NCBI RefSeq assembly: GCF_965276855.1
Contig: NZ_OZ255700.1
Location: 2,912,971 to 2,976,970, forward strand
Length of the DNA stretch: 64,000 nucleotides
Direction: 5' to 3'
Source of the DNA: Roseibium sp.
GTDB taxonomy: Bacteria; Pseudomonadota; Alphaproteobacteria; Rhizobiales; Stappiaceae
The notes beneath the pieces were generated by a model, which was not told where the DNA came from, did no database searches, and saw nothing but the letters and a program-made list of their open reading frames with translations. Shown in pieces: positions 35,958 through 43,664 of this stretch (positions are counted from its first letter, which is position 1; every line of letters starts with the position of its first letter). The position numbers and the translations under genes were made by a program.

Positions 35958-37478
35958 ATGTGCGGACTTTGTCACAGTGCTCTTTGTGACGGGATTGAGC
36001 ATGCCCAAGACGGTACATTTTCAGCCGCAGCTGCGTCGGGTCCCGGTGGCACCACATCCCTCAACTATATCATCGGGCAGTTGAACCGCGGCGACTACAG
36101 CTGGGGCGGCATTGCTGTTGTGACTTATTCTTTCGCCAAGGTCCTCCCAAGCTATGCGAAGGGCCTGGATGAGTACGACGGGTTCAACAGTTTCAACAGC
36201 CAGCAAATGGACATGGCGCGACTGGCCCTGGAGGCATGGTCTGATGTCGCCGACATCACTTTTCAGGAGAGCAATTCGTACTTTGCACCGATCCGCTTCT
36301 CCAACTCCGATACTTTGGCGGATTACTCCGCGGCGCATGCTTACCTGCCAGGCTTTTCATCTTGGGCAGGAGATGTCTGGGTCAACAGCAACTACGCGTA
36401 CAACACTGCCCCGGACGTTGGAAACTATGGCTTCAAGGTTCTTGTTCATGAAATCGGCCATGCGATCGGCCAGCCGCATCCGGGCGACTACAACGCTGAC
36501 GGCGGTAAGCTGAGCTATCAAAACAACGCCGCTTATGCCGAAGACAGCGCCCAGTATTCGATCATGTCATATTGGGATGAGAGCCATACGGGCGCTGATT
36601 TCGGCGATGCATATGCCCAGACCCCGATGCTTCACGATATCTTGGCCATCCAAGCAAAGTACGGCGTGAACATGTCGACGCGGACTGATGACACGGTTTA
36701 TGGCTTCAATTCCAACACAAACTCACCGATCTACGATTTTGGTCTGAATACGACGCCGGTGTTTTCGATCTGGGATGCCGGCGGGACAGACACGATCGAT
36801 TTCTCAGGATATGTCGTCAACACGGTCATCAATCTCAATGAAGGCGGTTTTTCCAGCGCGGCCGGCCTGACAAACAACATTTCAATCGCTTACGGTGCTG
36901 TCATCGAAAACGCAATCGGTGGTGCGGGCGATGATGTGGTCTTTGGCAATCAGTGGGACAACGTGATTGATGCGGGTGCCGGAAGTGATGTGTTCGCTGT
37001 TAATCAAAGCCGCACCGCCGCTGACACATACATCTTTGATAATGGCGAGACGATCGTGTTCAGCGCCCACGGGATCGATCGACTCACCAATGTCGAAACC
37101 ATTGCTTATTCTGATGCCGATCTGCAGGTCTTGGCGCAAACACAGCTGTCAATCCTGGAGTATGCCGCGAGTTATCAGGACATCGAAGCTGCATTCGCCA
37201 CGGATCAGGACTTGCTCTTTGACCACTTTGTCGAGTTTGGTTTGACCGAGGGCCGCACGATCGATTTCTCTGCGCTCGATTACATTGCCTCGCATCAGGA
37301 CCTGATCGAGGTCTTCGGGGCAGATGCTGAAGCTGGCGCCCGGCACTACATTGAGTTTGGCCGTGCTGAAAACCGGGAAATCACCTTTGACAGCGCGGCG
37401 TTCCTTGAGGCGAACCCGGAGTTGGTTCAGCTTCAGGGGCAGGAGGTCAACGCAGCGAAAATGTTCATAGAGCTGTAA
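35958..37478 (+). CDS. Serralysin-like M10B zinc metalloprotease with C-terminal repeats
   Basis: HEIGHAIGQPH (HExxHxxGxxH), SIMSY Met-turn, TPMLHDILAIQ..YG, TVYGFNSN, WDAGGTDTIDFS, IENAIGGAGDD. Confidence 0.93.
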   Translation: MCGLCHSALCDGIEHAQDGTFSAAAASGPGGTTSLNYIIGQLNRGDYSWGGIAVVTYSFAKVLPSYAKGLDEYDGFNSFNSQQMDMARLALEAWSDVADITFQESNSYFAPIRFSNSDTLADYSAAHAYLPGFSSWAGDVWVNSNYAYNTAPDVGNYGFKVLVHEIGHAIGQPHPGDYNADGGKLSYQNNAAYAEDSAQYSIMSYWDESHTGADFGDAYAQTPMLHDILAIQAKYGVNMSTRTDDTVYGFNSNTNSPIYDFGLNTTPVFSIWDAGGTDTIDFSGYVVNTVINLNEGGFSSAAGLTNNISIAYGAVIENAIGGAGDDVVFGNQWDNVIDAGAGSDVFAVNQSRTAADTYIFDNGETIVFSAHGIDRLTNVETIAYSDADLQVLAQTQLSILEYAASYQDIEAAFATDQDLLFDHFVEFGLTEGRTIDFSALDYIASHQDLIEVFGADAEAGARHYIEFGRAENREITFDSAAFLEANPELVQLQGQEVNAAKMFIEL

Positions 37479-37629
37479 TCACCAGACTGGTGCCGCAGTT
37501 GGCATTTGTTGAGATCCATAACGCAGCTCGCACCATGTCGGTGCTGGTTTGTTTACCCTTGATTTCGAACCCTTCGCGGACTGAATTTCGTTAGGTGACT
37601 TTTTGCGTTGCAACAGGTATGGAGGCGTC

Positions 37630-38208
37630 ATGATCAGACGTCTCTATGACTGGACCCTGTCCCTTGCTGCCGGACCCCGTGCGCCAACTGCGCTCGGTTC
37701 GGTTTCGTTTGTCGAAAGCTCGTTCTTTCCGATCCCGCCGGACATCCTGTTGATCCCGATGGTCATCGCCCGGCGCGAGAAGGCCTGGTGGTATGCCCTG
37801 CTGTGCACGCTGACCTCTGTGGCCGGTGGTGTATTCGGCTATTTCATCGGAATGTTCCTCTTTGAACAGGTTGCACAGCCTGTGCTCGCCTTTTACGGCA
37901 AGCTCCATTACGTCGAGGAGTTCCGCCATATTTTCGCCGAGTGGGGCTGGTGGTTCGTGTTTATCGCAGGTGTGACCCCGTTTCCCTACAAGGTGATTAC
38001 AGTTGCCTCCGGGGCTGCAGGCCTAAGCCTGCCGATCTTTATTCTTGCAAGCATTGTCTCCCGGGGGATCCGGTTCTTCATCGTCGCCGGGCTTTTGTAT
38101 TTCTTTGGTCCGCCGATCAAGGACTTTATCGAAAAACGCCTCGGTCTTATGTTCACCCTGTTTGTGGTGCTTCTTGTCGGTGGTTTTGCGGCCCTGAAGT
38201 TTATCTAG
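37630..38208 (+). CDS. YqaA family (DedA/VTT) membrane protein
   Basis: RRLYDW, SFVESSFFPIPPD, TPFPYKVIT, SRGIRFF. Confidence 0.92.
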   Translation: MIRRLYDWTLSLAAGPRAPTALGSVSFVESSFFPIPPDILLIPMVIARREKAWWYALLCTLTSVAGGVFGYFIGMFLFEQVAQPVLAFYGKLHYVEEFRHIFAEWGWWFVFIAGVTPFPYKVITVASGAAGLSLPIFILASIVSRGIRFFIVAGLLYFFGPPIKDFIEKRLGLMFTLFVVLLVGGFAALKFI

Positions 38209-38222
38209 GCAAAGAGGATCAT

Positions 38223-38747
38223 ATGTCCGCTGAAAAACTGGCTCAGTCGGTGACACTTCTTATATTGGCCGGTGGCCTTGTGGTGATTGGAACGGCTTGG
38301 GGGTTTCAGCTGATTGGCGGCTATGTTCCCTGCAAGCTGTGCCTGGAACAGCGCGTCCCTTATTACATCGGTCTGCCGATGGCTCTGGTGGCGTTGGGAG
38401 CCTTGGTGTCGGGGCGCAAAGGGTTGGCCGCGCTCATGTTGCTGGGTGTTGCGGTTGTGTTCGCATATGGAGCTGGTCTCGGGATCTATCAGGCCGGTGC
38501 GGAGTGGCAGTTCTGGGATGGCCCGAATGATTGCGGCGGGGGCACCGCGGCTCCGGCATCTGCTGCCAACATGCTGCAAGCGTTGCAGACGACACGGGTG
38601 GTCAGCTGCACGGAAGCCAGCTGGCGGATGCTGGGCCTGTCCTTTGCCGGGTGGAATGCTGTTGCATCTGCCGGGTTGGCCGGACTTGGGCTCCTTGCTG
38701 CCGGGATTTTGAAATTCCGGGTTCCCATGGCAAAGTCTCCGGCATGA
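38223..38747 (+). CDS. dsbB: DsbB family disulfide bond formation protein
   Basis: GYVPCKLCLEQRVPY (CxxC), GIYQAGAEW..W.GP..C, VVSCTEASWRMLGLSFAGWN. Confidence 0.88.
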   Translation: MSAEKLAQSVTLLILAGGLVVIGTAWGFQLIGGYVPCKLCLEQRVPYYIGLPMALVALGALVSGRKGLAALMLLGVAVVFAYGAGLGIYQAGAEWQFWDGPNDCGGGTAAPASAANMLQALQTTRVVSCTEASWRMLGLSFAGWNAVASAGLAGLGLLAAGILKFRVPMAKSPA

Positions 38748-39001
38748 GCACGTCAAAACACAAGGCCGATCAGGAAAGGCGCGACGAGGCGCTGAGAGCA
38801 ATCGATCGCGCGCAAGCGGAAAGCGAAACGGTTGTTGGCTCGACCTTTGTTCGCATGGCCGATCGTGCGCGGGACCATATGAGCGCGGCCGATAAGGATG
38901 CCGATGACCACATCGAAGTCTGGGGTACGCGCATCGGCCGGTCGCTTGGGTTGATGTTTGCAATTGGTCTGGTGATTTACCTTGCCGTTACCTACCTCTA
39001 G
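38744..39001 (+). CDS. Small conserved-looking membrane protein
   Basis: ATGA overlap with dsbB; DHMSAADKD..D.IEVWGTRIGR.L followed by one TM helix. Confidence 0.7.
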   Translation: MSTSKHKADQERRDEALRAIDRAQAESETVVGSTFVRMADRARDHMSAADKDADDHIEVWGTRIGRSLGLMFAIGLVIYLAVTYL

Positions 39002-39072
39002 GTAATCTTCCAACTGAGTTGGGAGGCTCGCGAAAAAGGAAATACAGCGCTCACTGGAGCCTGGAACAAAAT

Positions 39073-39507
39073 ATGGCGTCAATTCATCCAATCAGCCGAA
39101 GCCACTGGACCGACCTCAAAGCGCCGGACCTGAAAGACTTTGAGGCAATGGCCAGCGAGACTCTGGCCACCATGCCGGACGATCTGTTGCTTCGCTGTGG
39201 CAATTTGCAGATCACACTTGCCGAATATGCACCTGATGATGTTCTCGATGCACTGTCGATCGAAGATCCGCACGATCTGCTTGGATTGTTTGAAGGTGTC
39301 GGCTTGGACGAGGGCGAAGAGTTGTCCCATACCGGGCAAATGCCAAATCGTATCTGGCTCTTCCGCCGGCCCATTCTGGATTATTGGGCCGCAATGGACG
39401 AAACGCTCGGAGATGTGGTCGCCCATGTGCTTATCCATGAGATCGGTCACCATTTCGGTTTGAGCGATCAGGACATGGAGCGTCTCGAGGCCGCTGCCGA
39501 CAGGTGA
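39073..39507 (+). CDS. Minimal zincin (Zincin_1/DUF1025) metallopeptidase family protein
   Basis: LLGLFEG, IWLFRRPILDYW, HVLIHEIGHHFGLSD. Confidence 0.9.
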   Translation: MASIHPISRSHWTDLKAPDLKDFEAMASETLATMPDDLLLRCGNLQITLAEYAPDDVLDALSIEDPHDLLGLFEGVGLDEGEELSHTGQMPNRIWLFRRPILDYWAAMDETLGDVVAHVLIHEIGHHFGLSDQDMERLEAAADR

Positions 39508-39541
39508 TGCGGCGGCAGCCTCAAGGAAATTGGGCCTTAGC

Positions 39542-40081
39542 TTATTCGGCAGCTTCCGTCTTGGCGCGTTCGATGGATTCCACAATCATGCGTTTTGCAG
39601 CTTCTGCACCTTCAACACCCGTCACTTTTACCCATTTGCCAGGCTCCAGATCCTTGTAGTGCTCGAAGAAGTGCTTGACCTGATCGATCGTGATTTGCGG
39701 CAGATCGGTAATGTCCGAAACATTATCGTAGCGCTTGGTGATCTTGTGGCTCGGCACCGCAATGATCTTCTCATCCTGGCCGGACTCGTCTTCCATCAGG
39801 AGAACGCCAATCGGACGGCAGGTCATGATGGCGCCAGGTACAACAGGGCGCTGGTTGACGACAACCACGTCGATCGGATCGCCATCGCCGCAAAGTGTGT
39901 GCGGGACGAAGCCGTAGTTCCCCGGATAACGCATGGGCGTGTAGAGGAAGCGGTCGACATACATCGCGCCTGCTTCTTTATCCATCTCATACTTGATCGG
40001 TTCACCGCCAACGGGAACCTCAACAATCACGTTGATGTCTTCCGGCGGGTTTTTGCCAATCGGCACGGCGTCAATACGCAT
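39542..40081 (-). CDS. ppa: Inorganic pyrophosphatase (family I)
   Basis: [47 protein letters not shown]. Confidence 0.98.
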   Translation of the reverse strand: MRIDAVPIGKNPPEDINVIVEVPVGGEPIKYEMDKEAGAMYVDRFLYTPMRYPGNYGFVPHTLCGDGDPIDVVVVNQRPVVPGAIMTCRPIGVLLMEDESGQDEKIIAVPSHKITKRYDNVSDITDLPQITIDQVKHFFEHYKDLEPGKWVKVTGVEGAEAAKRMIVESIERAKTEAAE

Positions 40082-40233
40082 CTGTGAACTCCTGTTGGAT
40101 CGTTGCGCCGTCTATCGCAATCCGACGGCAGAAGTTCAAGTCTTTAGTTTTGCATTGCACCTAATTGATTAATGGCCCGGAAGTGGCGCAGGCGCGCCAG
40201 ATCCTTGTCTTGGAAGGCATAACGGTGAAGCTG

Positions 40234-40752
40234 TCAGAGCGTTTGCCTCGGCCAGATGTAGATGAGCAATTCGAGCCGTCTCCCGCCGATCCGGTGCCAT
40301 GATTTCCCGGCGATTTGGCCTCCCACCGCACGATAGAACTCCCGGGCAGGCGTGTTGTCGCTGAGCACCTGGACGGCTAGCCCTGAGCCATGTTGCTCGA
40401 GGAATGATGCCCGGATGTCTTCAAAAAGCCTGCGGCCGAATCCCAGGCCCTGATATTCCGGTTTGAGATAAAGTTCATATATCTCGCCATCCATGCTGGT
40501 ATTCGTTAACCGGCACGGGCCAAAGGTGGCATATCCGGCCGGAACATCAGCAACGGATAGGATCTTGATGTTGACGCCGCGCGCCAGAGCTCCGCGCCAC
40601 CAGTTTTCACCCCGCCTTGAGACCATTCGCTGAAGGTCAAGGCCATGTAACACGCCGCGATAAGCGCCGAGCCAGGCTTCGCTATGGATGCTGGCGAGCG
40701 CTTCGCAGTCTGCCGGTCTCGCCGCACGAAGATCAATCAGGTCAAGAGTCAT
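40234..40752 (-). CDS. GNAT family N-acetyltransferase
   Basis: EAWLGAYRG, GEIYELYLKPEYQGLGFGRRLF, N..AREFY...GG. Confidence 0.9.
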   Translation of the reverse strand: MTLDLIDLRAARPADCEALASIHSEAWLGAYRGVLHGLDLQRMVSRRGENWWRGALARGVNIKILSVADVPAGYATFGPCRLTNTSMDGEIYELYLKPEYQGLGFGRRLFEDIRASFLEQHGSGLAVQVLSDNTPAREFYRAVGGQIAGKSWHRIGGRRLELLIYIWPRQTL

Positions 40753-40857
40753 CTTGGGAAAAGAATACTACAAGGCGTTCGCAGGGGAAGCTTGAAACGT
40801 TTTCGGTTCGGGAAAACTGCCGGAATTCTTGAGACTGGCCGCCAAAGGTGTCCGGTA

Positions 40858-41000
40858 ATGAAAAGGGCCGGCGTGTTGCCGGCCCTTCAGTTGCCCTGAT
40901 GTTTGACTCAAAAAATCTGGTCGCTCTACATTCACCACGGGGGGCTGGGGGGCTATTGCATACCGCGGTGCCCGTAGACCGTTCCCATCAAGGTATGATG
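40858..41000 (-). ncRNA. Candidate small RNA (~140 nt)
   Basis: Minus-strand CTTGGC-N17-CATATT promoter (41031-41003), 5' stem CATACC/GGTATG, CCCCCC-AG-CCCCCC tract, terminator AAGGGCCGGC-AACAC-GCCGGCCCTT-TT. Confidence 0.5.
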
Positions 41001-41269
41001 CTAATATGGGTGTGCTTTTTGGCTGGCCAAGGGCTGGAATGCGGCGAAAACATGAAAATTTTGGTATTCTTTCTTGAAAAGTTGCCCAAGCGTCAGTTTT
41101 TGATGTTTTTCGGTCACGATTGATGAATGAAAGCAACAGTTTCTCAGCTTTCTACCGGCCTGCACTTGCAATTCGCGGCGAACCACGACCATCATGACAT
41201 CTGGATGACATGCGCCAAGCAAATGCTGACGGCAGCGCAAGGTGCAAGGCGGTTCAAGAGGGAGGCGGA

Positions 41270-41659
41270 ATGAGCGAAGCCGATGATAGCGCATCTCAGC
41301 ACAGCCGGAGCTTGAGCCTCAACGGACCTGGGCATAAAGCTCCTCCCTCCTTACCAGTGGTGTCCTTCAACCGCCGGGAACTCGATGTCATCCTCAGGCT
41401 CTATGGCCGCATGGTCGCCGATGGTGAGTGGCGGGACTATGCAATTGACATTCTGAATGACAGGGCTGTTTTCTCAATTTTCCGCCGCGCCTCTGAAATG
41501 CCTCTTTATCGCATCGAAAAGGATCCTAAACTTGCGCGGCGGCAGGGCGCATATTCGGTCGTCGCGACTGGTGGCATGATCCTGAAACGTGGCCACGATT
41601 TGGCGCAGGTCCTAAGGGTTCTGGAAAAGAAAAAGCATCTTCGGGTCGTCGACGCCTGA
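41270..41659 (+). CDS. DUF2794 family protein
   Basis: FNRRELDVILRLYGRMVADGEWRDYAID, AVFSIFRR, PLYRIEKDPKLARRQG.Y.V, ILKRGHDL. Confidence 0.9.
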   Translation: MSEADDSASQHSRSLSLNGPGHKAPPSLPVVSFNRRELDVILRLYGRMVADGEWRDYAIDILNDRAVFSIFRRASEMPLYRIEKDPKLARRQGAYSVVATGGMILKRGHDLAQVLRVLEKKKHLRVVDA

Positions 41660-41761
41660 CACAGGGCGCACGGATCGAAACCCGGAGGGGTCTCCACTTA
41701 CCCGTTTTTCACGTGCTGACCATCTGAGATTTGGAAGCGACGTCTTTTGTTGGAAGACAAC

Positions 41762-41789
41762 AAAAAGCCCGGCGCGATGGCCGGGCTTT
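41762..41789. terminator. Intrinsic terminator between convergent genes
   Basis: AAAAAGCCCGGC-GCGATG-GCCGGGCTTT. Confidence 0.75.
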
Positions 41790-41812
41790 CTACGTTTATG
41801 ATGGCGCGCAGA

Positions 41813-42577
41813 CTATTCGCGGTTGCCGAAAAGCTGCAGCAGCATCAGGAACATGTTGATGAAGTCGAGGTAGAGACGCAGAGCGCCCATCACGGACTTC
41901 TTGGTGGCAACTTCACCGGAGTCGCCCTCGTAGTACATTTCCTTGATCTGCTGCGTGTCGTAGGCAGTCAACCCAGCGAACACCAGAACACCAATCACGG
42001 AAATCGCGAACTGAAGTGCGGAAGATCCGAGGAAGATGTTCACCAGGGAGGCGATCACGATACCGATCAGGCCCATGAACAGGAACGAACCCCAAGCGGA
42101 CAGGTCCTTCTTCGTGGTGTAGCCGAAGATGCTCAGCGCACCGAAGGACGCTGCGGTGATGAAGAACACGCGCGCGATCGATCCGCCGGTATAGACCATG
42201 AAGATCGAGGATAGGGATACACCCATCAGGGCGGAGTAGACGAGGAACATCGTCCGAGCGGTTGACGCGCTCATGGACTGGATCCGGAACGAGAGCCAAA
42301 GCACCATGCCGAGCGGCGCCAGCATGACCACCCATTTGAGCGGTGAGGCAAAGATGGCGTTGCCGAGCGGTGTCAATCCTACGATCGAGCCGGCGTCGTT
42401 GGTCACGACGGACATCATGTAGGTACCGATGGCAAAGAAACCGGTCAGCGCGAGGCCGAACGTCATGTAGTTGTATACGCCCAGCATGTAGGCGCGCAGG
42501 CCCTGATCGATGCCGGCCTCGGCACGAGCGCCGGCAACCGAGTAAGCGCCTTGAGATTGGCGATCAAAGGTCGACAT
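41813..42577 (-). CDS. Bax inhibitor-1/YccA family membrane protein
   Basis: IDQGLRAYMLGVYNYM, 7 TM helices, YGYTTKKDL-like SIFGYTTKKDL, LTAYDTQQIK, GALRLYLDFINMF. Confidence 0.93.
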   Translation of the reverse strand: MSTFDRQSQGAYSVAGARAEAGIDQGLRAYMLGVYNYMTFGLALTGFFAIGTYMMSVVTNDAGSIVGLTPLGNAIFASPLKWVVMLAPLGMVLWLSFRIQSMSASTARTMFLVYSALMGVSLSSIFMVYTGGSIARVFFITAASFGALSIFGYTTKKDLSAWGSFLFMGLIGIVIASLVNIFLGSSALQFAISVIGVLVFAGLTAYDTQQIKEMYYEGDSGEVATKKSVMGALRLYLDFINMFLMLLQLFGNRE

Positions 42578-42746
42578 GGTCTAAAGTTTCCCCTTCATTC
42601 AAAACTTGTGCGCGCAGGGATTCCTGCAGCACAGCTCCCTCAACATATGGGAGAATACGGACCCTAGCACAAGATGACTTTCCTGAAAAAATCGCAATCT
42701 TTCTGCTACGGCCCGTAATTCCGACCCTTATGATTAAGAAGGTTAC

Positions 42747-43520
42747 TTATTTCATAGCCTTAAGACGGGATTCGATCTGCCTGTCGCAAGTGCCTTGTGG
42801 CCAGCGGAAAATCTCTTCTGCCTTGAAATCCATGACTTCTTTGGTGGTGTCGCGCATGACTTCCGGCGTTACGCCCGGCTTGAACCACTGAAGAACACCA
42901 TAGTCGCCACCGGCATCTGTGAAAAACGCCAGCGGTTTGCCGTCTTCCATGATGCCGACGCGGCCCACGCGAACATCTTCGACGGTCACATTGCGCGCGT
43001 TTCCATCAATGGTCAGCTTGGATTTGGTCAGGCGGAGCTTTTTACCGGCAGATTGCGGTGTCCCGGTCCAGGTGCCGCCGGTCAGCCGGTTGCCCTTGTT
43101 TTCTACCGATAGGCAGGAATTCTTGTAGTTCGGGATCGACAAGCGGTTTGCGGAAACCTCAATCGGATCTTTGCCCTTTTCGGAGATGGTGTATTTCATC
43201 TCATGTTCACCGGTGCGGTAGACGCGGATGCCGACCGGCGTGAAACCGCTATCTCCGATAGAACGGGTGAAGAAGTCGAATTGGTTGGCGTCATTGGTTC
43301 CCGCGCGGCGGTAAAGCCAGCGCTTCGGCAGGCCGTCTTCCCAAACCAGCCAGTCACTGACAACGAGGCCGCGCTTGCCAGCCGGATCATTCAGCTGCCA
43401 AACGCCTGTGTGAAACGGGCTTTCAGCTTGAGCGGCCGGCACGGCTGACAGCATGGTCAAAGCCGCAATTGAGGCTGCTAGAGTGGTCTTAAACATGGAT
43501 TTCAAACGATAGCCCGGCAT
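42747..43520 (-). CDS. Hypothetical secreted protein
   Basis: Signal peptide (MFKTTLAASIAALTMLSAVPAAQA); coherent ORF filling the gap between known genes; no motif recognised. Confidence 0.7.
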   Translation of the reverse strand: MPGYRLKSMFKTTLAASIAALTMLSAVPAAQAESPFHTGVWQLNDPAGKRGLVVSDWLVWEDGLPKRWLYRRAGTNDANQFDFFTRSIGDSGFTPVGIRVYRTGEHEMKYTISEKGKDPIEVSANRLSIPNYKNSCLSVENKGNRLTGGTWTGTPQSAGKKLRLTKSKLTIDGNARNVTVEDVRVGRVGIMEDGKPLAFFTDAGGDYGVLQWFKPGVTPEVMRDTTKEVMDFKAEEIFRWPQGTCDRQIESRLKAMK

Positions 43521-43664
43521 TTCGGAGTGCCCCTTTAAGAAATAAATCTCTCTTCCGATATCCAAGATAACCGCATGACGCAAGGCGCGCCGGATGCAAT
43601 CCGGCGCACATTTGCGGTATGTTTGATGGAATTTTTCTGACGGTTAACATCGTCTGTAGACGTA

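Larger units (their letters stand above)
31911..37590. other. tRNA-adjacent accessory islet encoding secreted surface proteins
   Basis: Starts at the tRNA 3' end; long AT-rich intergenic DNA (35110-35958); two RTX-type genes; no integrase or attR seen. Confidence 0.4.

Noticed and set aside
35961-35975. CGLCH as a c-type heme motif in the protease
   Set aside because: No Sec/Tat signal, so it would not meet the periplasmic Ccm machinery; treated as a possible Cys switch instead.
38534-38546. CGGCGGGGGCACC resembling the tRNA-Leu 3' end (possible attR)
   Set aside because: Short, contains an indel, and lies inside the dsbB coding sequence (CGGGT codons); chance match.
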